Below are positions 17,063-26,551 of a stretch of DNA of 64,000 nucleotides, piece after piece. Position 1 is the first letter of the stretch, and every line of letters starts with the position of its first letter. The notes under the pieces were generated by a model that worked only from the letters and a program-made list of their open reading frames with translations, ran no database searches and was not told the DNA's origin. The DNA is taken from positions 1,297 through 65,296 of the forward strand of contig CAVAWT010000007.1 in assembly GCA_963592435.1 (NCBI GenBank), read 5' to 3'. This stretch comes from Oribacterium sp. (GTDB lineage Bacteria > Actinomycetota > Coriobacteriia > Coriobacteriales > Eggerthellaceae). The translations under genes were made by a program, and so were the position numbers.

Positions 17063-18010
17063 TTGATCCCCATGAAAAACAACTTAAGCATCGAGCTTGA
17101 ACAAGTCAATTCTCTTGCGAGTTTGCACAGGTGCAAAGCTAACGAATACAAGATTGTTAAAAATTGTAGGGGCTGTTGCGTGATTGAGACTGAAGATTTT
17201 TTTTTCAAATTCAGAAATGTCGACATAAATGATCCAAGTTTAACATTTTATGAAATGATTCGACAGGCATTTGCACAAGAATACAGAAAGATGGGCATTG
17301 TTTGGGAGTGTTCCATCATCGAGGATCTGGGTCAATATTATTCCGTCCAAAGAAGGCAGAAATTAAGTCCGCTTACAGAGCAAAGAGTAGAATTTGATGA
17401 CGCCATCAGGAGTTTTTCTGAGATAAAGCACAGAGTTGAGAATAAACTTGAATTCCCGCTTTTGTTCTCTCAGCTCCGTAAGAACAGCACTTTTTGCAAG
17501 ACTAATAAAATTGTGTTAGCAAGGAGATGTGACGATGGCGCAGATGACTATGCTGTTTATGATGATGCTGTTGTTTCACTTGGGGATTCGGGCTGGTTCC
17601 TTGCATTTCTTAATGAGGATGAGGCTTGGGAAGAGCAACTGCGATGTGCCGAAGTTATGGTTGAGTTAAGTTATGGTAATTTTTGTTTTACCAGACTCGA
17701 AATGCTTTCACAAGATTCTGTTGCGATTGAAAAAATTTTTGAGAAAACGAACATGTGGTGGTTATTTCCAAGCTCAAATTTTGATGTTCGAGGAGCCAGA
17801 ATGTTTCTTGTTAATGAACTACAAAAAATGTATGCTGACAATTTGGAAATTGCGGTTAACAAACAAGCGAAGGACGTTAAGACTAATAGCGATTACACAA
17901 ATATGCTAGACGAATGCAAAAAGTTGCAAAGCGGTTGTGGTTGGAATCCGGCTGGGAACTTGCCAAGTCTCGACAGTGAGAACAATTCTTCACGCTTTGA
18001 ATCAAATTAA
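17063..18010 (+). CDS. Partner domain B protein, short subtype (B4)
   Basis: 'CCVIETEDFFFKFR', 'ADDYAVY', 'LGDSGWFL', 'LSYGNFCF', 'MWWLFP'. The start is either TTG 17063 (5 nt after 'AAGGTG') or ATG 17072. Confidence 0.65.
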   Translation: MIPMKNNLSIELEQVNSLASLHRCKANEYKIVKNCRGCCVIETEDFFFKFRNVDINDPSLTFYEMIRQAFAQEYRKMGIVWECSIIEDLGQYYSVQRRQKLSPLTEQRVEFDDAIRSFSEIKHRVENKLEFPLLFSQLRKNSTFCKTNKIVLARRCDDGADDYAVYDDAVVSLGDSGWFLAFLNEDEAWEEQLRCAEVMVELSYGNFCFTRLEMLSQDSVAIEKIFEKTNMWWLFPSSNFDVRGARMFLVNELQKMYADNLEIAVNKQAKDVKTNSDYTNMLDECKKLQSGCGWNPAGNLPSLDSENNSSRFESN

Positions 18011-18019
18011 TGATTTTTG

Positions 18020-18028
18020 TGATATAAT
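18020..18028 (+). promoter_or_regulatory. Candidate extended -10 promoter element (TGaTATAAT) for the 18093 gene
   Basis: 'tgatataat' read at 18020-18028, about 65 nt upstream of the ATG. No good -35 hexamer was found. Confidence 0.35.
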
Positions 18029-18092
18029 GAGATTGTTTATAGAAACTCATCGGACCGTAAGATGTTTAGTTAAGGCTTAAGGAGTTGTGATT

Positions 18093-18899
18093 ATGGCAAA
18101 AGAGAATAATGCGAGTAACAACGAGGATACAACGAGAAGAGATTTGCTTGCTGGGCTTTTGAGTTCTGTTGCAGAGTTGGTGGAGCCAAAGGACGCAAAG
18201 GCAGACGTTCCAGATGTAACAAAGAATGACGTAGCGAAGGTCTCTTTTGAGATCGAGAAACACAAAAAATATCCTAACCTTTTCGAAAGGACGAAGAATA
18301 AAACGAGTGCGGTTGGTGATGACGCAACAGATGATCAATATCCTGATGCCAAGGCAATCTACGCATTTACAAAGGATTATATTGACACGGCACAAGGAAA
18401 AGACCAGTATTCTGCTGAGAAAGAGAAGGCTCTTTTTGTTAACAATTCTGGCTTGGCCTATCTGACTGATTATAACGTAGATGATGAGTTTAGGGAAGAT
18501 TCCGCAAACCCCGTCCAAAATCAATTATTATATGGTGAAATAACAGATCTTAGAGAATATATAGTATTTGACGAAAAGCCAGCAGAGTGCAAAGCTGAGG
18601 AATGTGAAAAAGAAGCTGCTGAAAAGGAACACAAGCACATTAGTTATTCTTCAGGAATCTACCATACTTATCAAGAAACTGAGGAGACGACTTCATTGGA
18701 TGTTGAGTCGCTTAAGATGGGCGTAAATTATGCTTACACAGGAACAAAGGTAGCTGGCACGGATAGTGGATCCTTAAAATGGGGCGTGAATCTCATAGAT
18801 GTAACACCTCTGGCTGTTTGTGCGGATGATAAAGGTGGGCTGTATGCTGGAAATAAGGAGTCAGTCTTTAGAGCTCCTTCTTGTGTTTGGCACACATAA
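18093..18899 (+). CDS. Putative exported protein with twin-arginine-type signal; paralog of 4464..5336
   Basis: ATG lies 8 nt after 'AAGGAG'. 'TRRDLLAGLLSSVAELV..AKA'. Shared motifs 'QYPDAKA', 'NPVQN' and 'IYHTYQETEETTSLDVESLKMGVNYAYTG'. Confidence 0.6.
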   Translation: MAKENNASNNEDTTRRDLLAGLLSSVAELVEPKDAKADVPDVTKNDVAKVSFEIEKHKKYPNLFERTKNKTSAVGDDATDDQYPDAKAIYAFTKDYIDTAQGKDQYSAEKEKALFVNNSGLAYLTDYNVDDEFREDSANPVQNQLLYGEITDLREYIVFDEKPAECKAEECEKEAAEKEHKHISYSSGIYHTYQETEETTSLDVESLKMGVNYAYTGTKVAGTDSGSLKWGVNLIDVTPLAVCADDKGGLYAGNKESVFRAPSCVWHT

Positions 18900-19006
18900 T
18901 GGTAAACAGATAAATACACCTAGCATTTTAATAATTATACATTCAAGCTGAAGAGGCATATATTTCGGTGTTATCCAATTAGGTCATCTAAGAGACGGAC
19001 GAAGTA

Positions 19007-19888
19007 TTGAATCATGTTTTAAAATTCTCTCAGCTAAGTTTGTGGGCGGATTGCTCAAATTCCTGTGATTTCTGTTATCAGAGATGCTATAGAGTAGATT
19101 GTGAGACTAAAAGTGAACTGAAGAGGGAAAGGATACTCAAGGCGATAGACTTTGTCAGTGAGCTTGATGCGGAATGGCTGGGATTTACGGGGGGAGATAT
19201 CTTTAGTGGTCAATTGAGATCCTGTGAAGCGCAATGGCAAGAATTGGTGGAGGTTCTCAGGACAAAAGATGCAAAAATCTTTTTTACGGCACACCTCATC
19301 GGAGAACAATATCTATTGGATGAGACATTAAATGCTCTTGACAATGATGTGATGGTGTGCACTTCTTATGATACGAGAGGGAGATTCCACACAAGAGAAG
19401 CGGAGAGGTCTTGGTTTGCGAATGTTGAGCATCTACATAGGCTTGGTGTTCAACTGAATTGCACATGCATTCCCACACAAGATTTTTTAACAACCAAGGT
19501 TGTTTTGCCAGACTGGTTGCCTGTAAATCTCCAAGAACCCATAGTCAGTGCGAGTTGGTATGCCTCAGTTGATAAAGCCAATTATCATGAACATCTTATT
19601 AAAGATAATCACCTTTTTAATTTGCCTTTGAGGCGAACCGCGATTAATTGGTTTCGTCAGCATCAGGAAACCGCATGGAGTTATCAGAATTTTTTAAGTA
19701 CGCATGCAGATAATATATATGAATTTAATTCTGAGAATAACATTTTCCTAGCAGATAAAAGCTACACAACCGATCCAAAGTTAACCAATCCGAAATGCCA
19801 TCACCCCTATTCAAGTCAATGTTATGCGGATAGTGATAAATGCATGATGTGTGACGCGAAAAGAGTCGTCGAATCTTTCGGAGACTAA
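19007..19888 (+). CDS. Radical-SAM-like protein, short 'C' subfamily (C3)
   Basis: 'CSNSCDFC', 'FTGGDIFSGQ', 'CTSYDTRGRFHT', 'CIPTQDF', C-terminal 'NPKCHHP..QCYADSDKCMMCD'. Close paralog of 23302..24249. The TTG start is uncertain. Confidence 0.7.
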   Translation: MNHVLKFSQLSLWADCSNSCDFCYQRCYRVDCETKSELKRERILKAIDFVSELDAEWLGFTGGDIFSGQLRSCEAQWQELVEVLRTKDAKIFFTAHLIGEQYLLDETLNALDNDVMVCTSYDTRGRFHTREAERSWFANVEHLHRLGVQLNCTCIPTQDFLTTKVVLPDWLPVNLQEPIVSASWYASVDKANYHEHLIKDNHLFNLPLRRTAINWFRQHQETAWSYQNFLSTHADNIYEFNSENNIFLADKSYTTDPKLTNPKCHHPYSSQCYADSDKCMMCDAKRVVESFGD

Positions 19889-20038
19889 CTCTGGTTGCTG
19901 TTCGATCTTGGGTTGCTGTATTGAGATTATTTAATTAACAATTTTGTTATAATTACTAAGTATATGAGGTGCGTTTGTGTGCAATTAGGTTTTAACAGAA
20001 GTATGATCTTTATTTTCTGTTCAACATGGTAGTTTGTT

Positions 20039-21499
20039 TTGGCAACTCTAGATAAAGGAGATGTTTTGGGAACTTTTGAGAAATTTATATCTGGAGATTT
20101 AAACACGATCACCTATCTAGGCAAATCTATATCTCCAGCCATGTTTGCGAAGATGTCAGCTATCGAAAGGGTTAACTTTACAGACCTTAAAGTTTTGGAG
20201 GAATATGCCTTTTACAGATGTAATCATCTTGAAACTGTAAAAATTTCTGGCGTCGAGAAAATTGGTGAGAAGGCATTTTCTGGATGCTGGTCTTTAAAAA
20301 CCTTGATCATAGAAAGCAATTTTTGTGTTCCATCATTGAAAGAGGATGCATTCGAACAATGTATTCATTTTCTATATGACTCGAAAAGTGAAGCGCTTGC
20401 GAAATTTGGAGATGACTTAGGGTCGGCACCAGTTCATGTAAGAGGGTCTATCGAATCAATTAATGATAAAACTGGCTTCATATATGTCCCTGAAGAACTT
20501 GTTGAAGGCTATAAATCATCTAAAGACTGGAGTTTTTTAAAGGAACGAATTTTACCTCTGTCTCAGATCCCAAAGGGTAGCGATGCTTTTCTGAATCAAG
20601 AGGACGAGAAACTGAGGGAATTGTTAGAGGATCTCAATTATCTTACTGGTTCTGAGTGCTTCGAGGTTGATTCTCCCGTCGAGAAAATTGGTGACGGGGC
20701 TTTTTTCAACACAAAGCTCGAAAAAGCAGAGTTTGAAAATGCGATTGAAGTTGGCGCGAGTTCCTTTGAACAGTGTTTCGATCTCAAGTCGATAACGTTG
20801 CATCGTGCAGAACGTATCAACAAATATGCTTTTAATTTTTGCATTTCTTTAGAACGGGCAGCTTTGCCAAACGCACAGGTGATCGAGAAGGATGCTTTTT
20901 GCGATTGTCAGCAACTTACCATTAGTGAACTGCCAACAGTGAAGAACATATCAAGAAGAGCTTTTATGCAATGTTTTCAGATTAGAGAGTTGGATGCTCC
21001 TATGCTTGAGAGTGTCGGAGTTGAGGCTTTCTGCCGATGCGTTCGTCTAAAGAATCTAAATCTTCCAAAATTGAGGAGTGTCGGTGAAATGTCCTTTGCT
21101 TTTTGCACATCCCTTGAGACTGCTGTGTTGCCAGAAATTGAAGAAATTGGAGATAAGGCATTTAATGATTGTTATCGCCTAGCGACACTAGTCTTGCCGA
21201 ACAAAGAAAAGATGTGCAAAATTGCTCCTGAAACCTTTGTCGGCGCATGTCACATTTGGGGTACTAGTTACGGCATTCATCATCATTCAGCGGAGAGAGA
21301 TGGAAGGATTTATGTTGCAGATAATTTATTGGACGACTATTTAAATGACCCAATATGGAAGGAAATTTCACATTGTATAAAGCCAATTAGTGAGATTGAA
21401 AATGATCAAGAAGGAAGTGAAGAAGGAATTGACGCAAGCAAGACGGAAAACGATTTAGGGAGTGAGGAATTAACTTTCCACATCAGTCAGCTTTCTTAA
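20039..21499 (+). CDS. BspA-type leucine-rich-repeat protein, no recognisable signal peptide
   Basis: Repeated '..AF..C..L..(I/V).(L/I)P..(V/I)..IG..AF..C' units, for example 'LEEYAFYRCNHLETVKISGVEKIGEKAFSGCWSLKTL'. Acidic C-terminus. The start is ambiguous: TTG 20039, or TTG 20066 after 'AAAGGAG'. Confidence 0.65.
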   Translation: MATLDKGDVLGTFEKFISGDLNTITYLGKSISPAMFAKMSAIERVNFTDLKVLEEYAFYRCNHLETVKISGVEKIGEKAFSGCWSLKTLIIESNFCVPSLKEDAFEQCIHFLYDSKSEALAKFGDDLGSAPVHVRGSIESINDKTGFIYVPEELVEGYKSSKDWSFLKERILPLSQIPKGSDAFLNQEDEKLRELLEDLNYLTGSECFEVDSPVEKIGDGAFFNTKLEKAEFENAIEVGASSFEQCFDLKSITLHRAERINKYAFNFCISLERAALPNAQVIEKDAFCDCQQLTISELPTVKNISRRAFMQCFQIRELDAPMLESVGVEAFCRCVRLKNLNLPKLRSVGEMSFAFCTSLETAVLPEIEEIGDKAFNDCYRLATLVLPNKEKMCKIAPETFVGACHIWGTSYGIHHHSAERDGRIYVADNLLDDYLNDPIWKEISHCIKPISEIENDQEGSEEGIDASKTENDLGSEELTFHISQLS

Positions 21500-21645
21500 C
21501 GATACTTTTTGAATCAATGTTTATTATCCAAAACTCAAGAAGAGCTAAACGTTCTTGGAGTGTATGAAGAGGTAGGTCTCTTCTCCAAGAGTGAAATGAG
21601 AATGCGTCATTTTGCTAGCATGAACGACTAATAACTTGTGTGTAG

Positions 21646-23217
21646 GTGAGATCTGTGTATACGCTTTATTATGCTTTTAGCAATGATAGTTCGGGCAGGC
21701 CTTATTGCCTAGAATCTCTGACTGGGGTTGGAACAAAAGATAATGCATGCATTGCATTTGACGGGTCACAGATTGTGTTCGCGTCTGAGATGGAGCGTTT
21801 TTCAAAGAAAAAACACGATGTAAGAGTTCCTCTGTGGTCGGAGTATGCGATGAGAGAACATTGTGTTAATAACTTGGGTTTTAAAGATATTAGAAAGAGT
21901 AAGGCAATTGTCAAGGCAAATCATCACTTAAATCATATTTATGAGTGCTTCTACCAGAGCGGGTTTCATGAATCGGCAGTCATAGTAAATGATGGTATGG
22001 GTAATTTGGACGATTGCATAACTTTAGCGTACATGAAGGAAGGCTCAAAGCCTCTTATTTTAAAAAAGTTTCCCCGGAGGGATTCCCTTTGTAATTTGTA
22101 TGCCAGGATATCAGGCGAGATTTTCAAGAGGGAGCATTGTGAAGGTAAGCTAATGGGCTTGGCGCCTTATGGTGAGAGCCTTGACAGCGATTTTGTTACT
22201 TGGGATCGAAATTTAAGGGAAATAATAATTGACAAAAACCAACTTTTGACTGAAATAAATAAAATTAACAGTTTCACAGAGAAAAATGGTAACGTTATGT
22301 TGACCAAAAATGCAGCATACACAATCCAGAAAAATTTCGAAGATGTAATCTCGGAAATAATGCTCTATTTTTATCAATTATTAGAATCAAAGCATCTGAA
22401 AGTTAAAAACTTATGTTTGAGTGGTGGGGGAATTTTGAATTGCCCAACAAATTCTAAAATTGTTGATCTGGGCTTGTTTGAGCATTATTACGCGAGCCCA
22501 CAGCCAAGTGATGGATGTGCTGAGTCGATTGGGAGATGCTTTAGAGATCTCGAAGCGCAGGGGTTTTCATTGGAAAGCAGGCGACTAACAACGGCATATC
22601 TCGGAGCAACTTATGAGCATGTCAAACTGACTCGATCTTATGTTAATTTAAACAACCCACTCTCAGAGATAGCAAACCGCATCCGTTCTGGGGAACTCGT
22701 CTTATGGTATCAGGATGGCTCAGAGTATGGTCCGCGTGCTTTGGGGCACAGGTCTTTTTTGGCAGACCCAACCAAGAAAGAAATGCTGGATGACATTAAC
22801 CGAATTAAAGGAAGGGAGTGGTGGAGGCCTCTGGCACCGGTTGTTCCAGAAGAGCTCTTCGGCAGATTGTTTAATGATAGCAATACTGATATGTGTGAGT
22901 TTATGCTGAGGACACTGTCAATTAAAGGCAAATGGAAGAACAAACTGAATGCCGTTTGTCATGTTGATGGAACAACAAGGCCGCAGTTGTTGAAAAAAGA
23001 AGTTAATCCAGAACTCTATGACTTGCTCATGACATATTATGCTCAAACAAGCATTCCCTGTCTAATCAATACCTCGCTAAACATCAATGGGTTTCCGATC
23101 GTCGAAACACCAGCTGATTTCTGTGACCTGATTGAGGAGATTGGACACATTGAGAGCGCTCGTTCTATTATGCCAGTTTTTGTTGAGCGGGGGTCTTTTT
23201 ACGAAGTAAGTTGTTGA
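21646..23217 (+). CDS. Carbamoyltransferase, NodU/CmcH/TobZ family (CT1)
   Basis: 'FASEMERFSKKKHD', 'HHLNHIYECFYQSGF', 'CLSGGGILNC', 'EYGPRALGHRSFLADP', 'IKGREWWRPLAPVV', 'CHVDGTTRPQ' and 'INTSLNINGFPIVETP' match the conserved blocks of this family in order. Confidence 0.8.
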   Translation: MRSVYTLYYAFSNDSSGRPYCLESLTGVGTKDNACIAFDGSQIVFASEMERFSKKKHDVRVPLWSEYAMREHCVNNLGFKDIRKSKAIVKANHHLNHIYECFYQSGFHESAVIVNDGMGNLDDCITLAYMKEGSKPLILKKFPRRDSLCNLYARISGEIFKREHCEGKLMGLAPYGESLDSDFVTWDRNLREIIIDKNQLLTEINKINSFTEKNGNVMLTKNAAYTIQKNFEDVISEIMLYFYQLLESKHLKVKNLCLSGGGILNCPTNSKIVDLGLFEHYYASPQPSDGCAESIGRCFRDLEAQGFSLESRRLTTAYLGATYEHVKLTRSYVNLNNPLSEIANRIRSGELVLWYQDGSEYGPRALGHRSFLADPTKKEMLDDINRIKGREWWRPLAPVVPEELFGRLFNDSNTDMCEFMLRTLSIKGKWKNKLNAVCHVDGTTRPQLLKKEVNPELYDLLMTYYAQTSIPCLINTSLNINGFPIVETPADFCDLIEEIGHIESARSIMPVFVERGSFYEVSC

Positions 23218-23301
23218 TTTGGGTTTTTTATTTCTGCATGCTAATTTTTGCTAGGCTTTGCAAAGATTAATGATCTTGAGAATTGGTTTTGGGAATCTTG
23301 T

Positions 23302-24249
23302 TTAGTTGATTGATTCCGTCACTCTTTTGGCGTCGCACATCATGCATTTTTCACTATCGGAGTAGCATTGACAAAAGAAGGGATGTCCGCAAGTAGGGTT
23401 AGAGTAGTCTTTAGACGTAATCCTGTCATTAAATTCTTTAATCAGAGAGTCGGTTTTGTCAAAGGCGAAAACTGTGTCCGAATGTGTTTGGCCATATGAG
23501 GCGTATTGCTTGGTAATTTGTGGGTTTGCTCGCATCCACTTAATTGCGGTTTTTCTTTTCGGTAAATTAAAGAGCGTGTTTTCTTCAATCAGATGGTCAT
23601 GATAGTGGTTTTTATCGACGTTTATGTACCAGTCAACGCCAAGGTGTGGATCGCATAAATTTACCCCGAGCCATGTGGGTAACGTAAAGTCTGCTTCAAA
23701 GAATTCCTGAGTAGGGATGCAGGTACAAAAGATATTTACTCCTCGGTCATGGAGCGTCGTTAGATTGTTAAGCCAGTTAGCTCTCGCGGACGATGTGTGA
23801 AAACGACCAACTTCATCGTAAGATGTGCATAGGAGCACATTATTGCGTAATTGTTGCAACGTTTCTTCTAAGAAGTATTGCTTATGAATAAGATTTGCAG
23901 AGATGTAAATCTGTGCATTTGTGTTTTGCAGTGTGACAATTAAGTCCATCCATTCAGTCTCACAACCTTTTAGCTGACCCTCAAAGAATTCGCCACCAAG
24001 GATCCCGATTTGTTTCGACTTTAGTTGTTTTACCAGCTCAGTTGTCTTTAAAAGTCGACATTTCTTTGATTCGATGGGGGTTGTTCGGCATCTGTTTTGA
24101 AGGGAGCAGAAAGTGCATTTGTTTATGCAGTCGTCCCACAATCTGATCTGCACAAACTGTTCGTCAAGTTTTTCTTTTTTTAAGGGTTGGTTGTTTTCTA
24201 TTTGCCCCAAACCATCTCCCAAATTTGAAGTCGATCGCAAACCATGCAT
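23302..24249 (-). CDS. Radical-SAM-like protein, short 'C' subfamily (C4)
   Basis: 'CINKCTFC', 'ILGGEFFEGQ', 'CTSYDEVGRFHT', 'CIPTQEF', C-terminal 'NPTCGHP..QCYSDSEKCMMCD'. The listed ATG 24249 lies 52 nt inside the 3' end of the upstream gene, so the true start may be further downstream. Confidence 0.7.
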   Translation of the reverse strand: MHGLRSTSNLGDGLGQIENNQPLKKEKLDEQFVQIRLWDDCINKCTFCSLQNRCRTTPIESKKCRLLKTTELVKQLKSKQIGILGGEFFEGQLKGCETEWMDLIVTLQNTNAQIYISANLIHKQYFLEETLQQLRNNVLLCTSYDEVGRFHTSSARANWLNNLTTLHDRGVNIFCTCIPTQEFFEADFTLPTWLGVNLCDPHLGVDWYINVDKNHYHDHLIEENTLFNLPKRKTAIKWMRANPQITKQYASYGQTHSDTVFAFDKTDSLIKEFNDRITSKDYSNPTCGHPFFCQCYSDSEKCMMCDAKRVTESIN

Positions 24250-25328
24250 GCATTACAGTCAGAATATGTTGCATAGTTTGTTATGTGTTTTTTGTTCATT
24301 GGCTCAATTAAGCACTCTGGATTTAGGATGCTTTCCATCGATAGGTTTGATTCTAGATTTGAATCTTTAAGGCGTTGGTGGTCGTCAAAGTCATCTATGT
24401 CATTGAAGTTCCTGTGTAGCTCATCTGCGCGATAGCTTATGTTGTAGAGTCTGTCATAAGTGTCAGGATCTTCCTTTGCATATTTGACGAGGAATTTTCT
24501 GAAAGTTGTTCTGTCAGGGAAGAAGCGATAACCAAAATCGCTTTCCATTTGCTCTTTGACAGCCATGAGATATTCCCCAATCCTGCCTTCTTTTGAACAT
24601 GTGAGCATGTCAGGAAGACCTTTAACTCCATTTTCTAGGTGTTGTGTTATTCCTGGAACTTTATAGTACAGTGCGGTGCCAAATTCTTTAGAGAACTCTT
24701 TGGGCACAAATTCGCCGTTGAGATATTGCTCGCATAGTTTTTGCATCAATATGATTGTTGTGTTTTTCTTTATCCAGGGGTATCTTTCTTCTAGGTGTTT
24801 CATGTGATAGCCCCAGTTGTTCCGATTCTTTTCGCTGTGAAAGCGACCGTGGGCATCCCAACTTGTGCAAATCCACACTCCGCTTGCTCCATATTTGGGA
24901 TGAGGTCGGACTCCATCACGATCAAATATGTCGAGTGTTTCGTAGAGATCCTTCTGATCGCCGATCGTCAAGGTTGCCGCGATCCAGACGGAACCAATTT
25001 TTTGTTCGATGTAAAGATTGCTGATCATCTGGATTACTTTCATAAAAGCTTCTTTAACATCTGGGTCAGCCAATTGGCCTTGAAAAAATTCTCCGCCTAT
25101 GAGTGAAATGTTGTTGTATTTTTCAAAGTCAAGAGTATTCAGGGCCAGTTCTAGATCAGATAAACTCTTTAGCTGGCGTTCCTTGTCGGTGTGGCGACCG
25201 TCTTTTCCTATGTAACAAAAGGAACATAGATTGTTGCAACATTGCCACAGTTCCCACTGGAAGGATCTTTTGCCCATATTGTTTGAGTAGAGGATCATTT
25301 CTTCTTCTTCGGTTAATTTCATATTCAT
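24198..25328 (-). CDS. Radical-SAM-like protein, long 'A' subfamily (A5)
   Basis: 'FQWELWQCCNNLCSFC', 'HTDKERQL', 'LIGGEFFQGQ', 'ICTSWDAHGRF', 'TIILMQK', C-terminal 'NPEC..KH..CNACMVCD'. Confidence 0.75.
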   Translation of the reverse strand: MNMKLTEEEEMILYSNNMGKRSFQWELWQCCNNLCSFCYIGKDGRHTDKERQLKSLSDLELALNTLDFEKYNNISLIGGEFFQGQLADPDVKEAFMKVIQMISNLYIEQKIGSVWIAATLTIGDQKDLYETLDIFDRDGVRPHPKYGASGVWICTSWDAHGRFHSEKNRNNWGYHMKHLEERYPWIKKNTTIILMQKLCEQYLNGEFVPKEFSKEFGTALYYKVPGITQHLENGVKGLPDMLTCSKEGRIGEYLMAVKEQMESDFGYRFFPDRTTFRKFLVKYAKEDPDTYDRLYNISYRADELHRNFNDIDDFDDHQRLKDSNLESNLSMESILNPECLIEPMNKKHITNYATYSDCNACMVCDRLQIWEMVWGK

Positions 25329-25554
25329 TGTGACCTCTCTTAAAGATGTTTGCTTTTTCTAATAGCAATTATATTATAGTTGACTTGCTTCATCTCGGTT
25401 GTTTTCCATAGGAGAGCACTTTCGCTGTTTAATTGCTTTGGATCAGGCGATAAAAGTTGAATGGCATGAAAAGCGTAGAAGATGTGATTTTGAGGTAGAA
25501 TTATTGCATTATAAGTTAAAAAGTCTCATGCAATACTGCGAATGGGGAATTTAT

Positions 25555-26520
25555 ATGGATGATTCAGCATTGCAACCATGGAAGGAAAATTTTTCATTAG
25601 AAAATGCAATCGATTCAATTAACCTCTTGGAAGATAATAAAAACCTTCAACATGGAGACATGTTAGTAAAATGGAAGAGTTACCAAAATCAAATCGTTGT
25701 TGAATCAGATGATTTTTTCTATAAAATTTATGAGCGTCCAACACGCGGACTGGGGTCTTTTAATTCTCTTTTAAGAAATTGCCTTGCCAAAATTTATTCT
25801 GATTTGGGAATCTATTGGAGAATTATTAGTTTTGAGAAGGATGGTCAGATTTTTGATTTCGAGCAAAGGCAAAAACTCGAGAGCTCTCGTGACGCATTCG
25901 ATAATTTTGGAGAATTGCTCCTATCATTTTCTAAAATTTTAGAGAAAGTGGAAAATGAGCTTGGCTTTAGTAAAGTCGCAGAAACGTTAAGACTACATTC
26001 TGACTTTAAGGAACTTGATAAAATTAAATTAATGAGACTTTGTGTCAATAAGTTTGATGATTATGCCGTTTATCATAATCAGGCAATTCTTTTAGATGAT
26101 GCAGATTTTTATGTTGTTTTGGTTGGTGCGAACGGGGAGCAAATAAAACTTAAAAAAATGATCGATGTTCCAGTGAAGGTATGTGACGAGGACTACATTT
26201 TTACTAATCTTATTGGAAGTATGAACGAAAGGGACGATATAGAGCGAGTTTTAAATGGGGTCTATCGTGCTACATATGGCTGGTGTTTTTTAAAAGAATC
26301 GAACGAAGAAGATTGCAAAGCATCGCAAATCTGCATTACTCGTTCAGAGGAAGAGAAAGCTATCATACAATCTGATGAACCCATGCGACTGCTTCGTGAA
26401 AGCAGGGTTGGTAATGTGGACCACAACATAGAGATTGTGGAGACTGAGATAAAGAGGCTTTTATCGAATAGTCAGCAACATTTGAATAGTATGGTAGTTT
26501 TTGAACGCGCAGAGCTGTAA
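25555..26520 (+). CDS. Partner domain B protein, long subtype, stand-alone (B5)
   Basis: 'FFYKIYE', 'FDDYAVY', 'LLDDADF'. I chose ATG 25555 because it sits 12 residues before 'SLENAIDSINLLEDN', matching the N-termini of B1 and B7. The track ORF extends in frame up to TTG 25399. Confidence 0.6.
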   Translation: MDDSALQPWKENFSLENAIDSINLLEDNKNLQHGDMLVKWKSYQNQIVVESDDFFYKIYERPTRGLGSFNSLLRNCLAKIYSDLGIYWRIISFEKDGQIFDFEQRQKLESSRDAFDNFGELLLSFSKILEKVENELGFSKVAETLRLHSDFKELDKIKLMRLCVNKFDDYAVYHNQAILLDDADFYVVLVGANGEQIKLKKMIDVPVKVCDEDYIFTNLIGSMNERDDIERVLNGVYRATYGWCFLKESNEEDCKASQICITRSEEEKAIIQSDEPMRLLRESRVGNVDHNIEIVETEIKRLLSNSQQHLNSMVVFERAEL

Positions 26521-26551
26521 TGGCATATTTATAAGGTGATTTTAGTTTAGA

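Noticed and set aside
21554-21589. Imperfect nested hairpin ('cttggag..gaagag-gtaggt-ctcttc-tccaag') after the LRR gene, considered as a terminator
   Set aside because: It has no downstream T-tract and an asymmetric internal loop. It could be an attenuator or a processing site, but I cannot support a call from sequence alone.
24113-25368. Several 60-100-aa ORFs overlapping the A5 gene: plus-strand antisense ORFs (24113, 24755, 24795, 25103) and alternative-frame minus-strand ORFs (24437, 24688, 25156)
   Set aside because: They lie inside a gene whose product aligns end to end with four paralogs. They share no conserved features. Overlapping spurious ORFs of this size are expected here.
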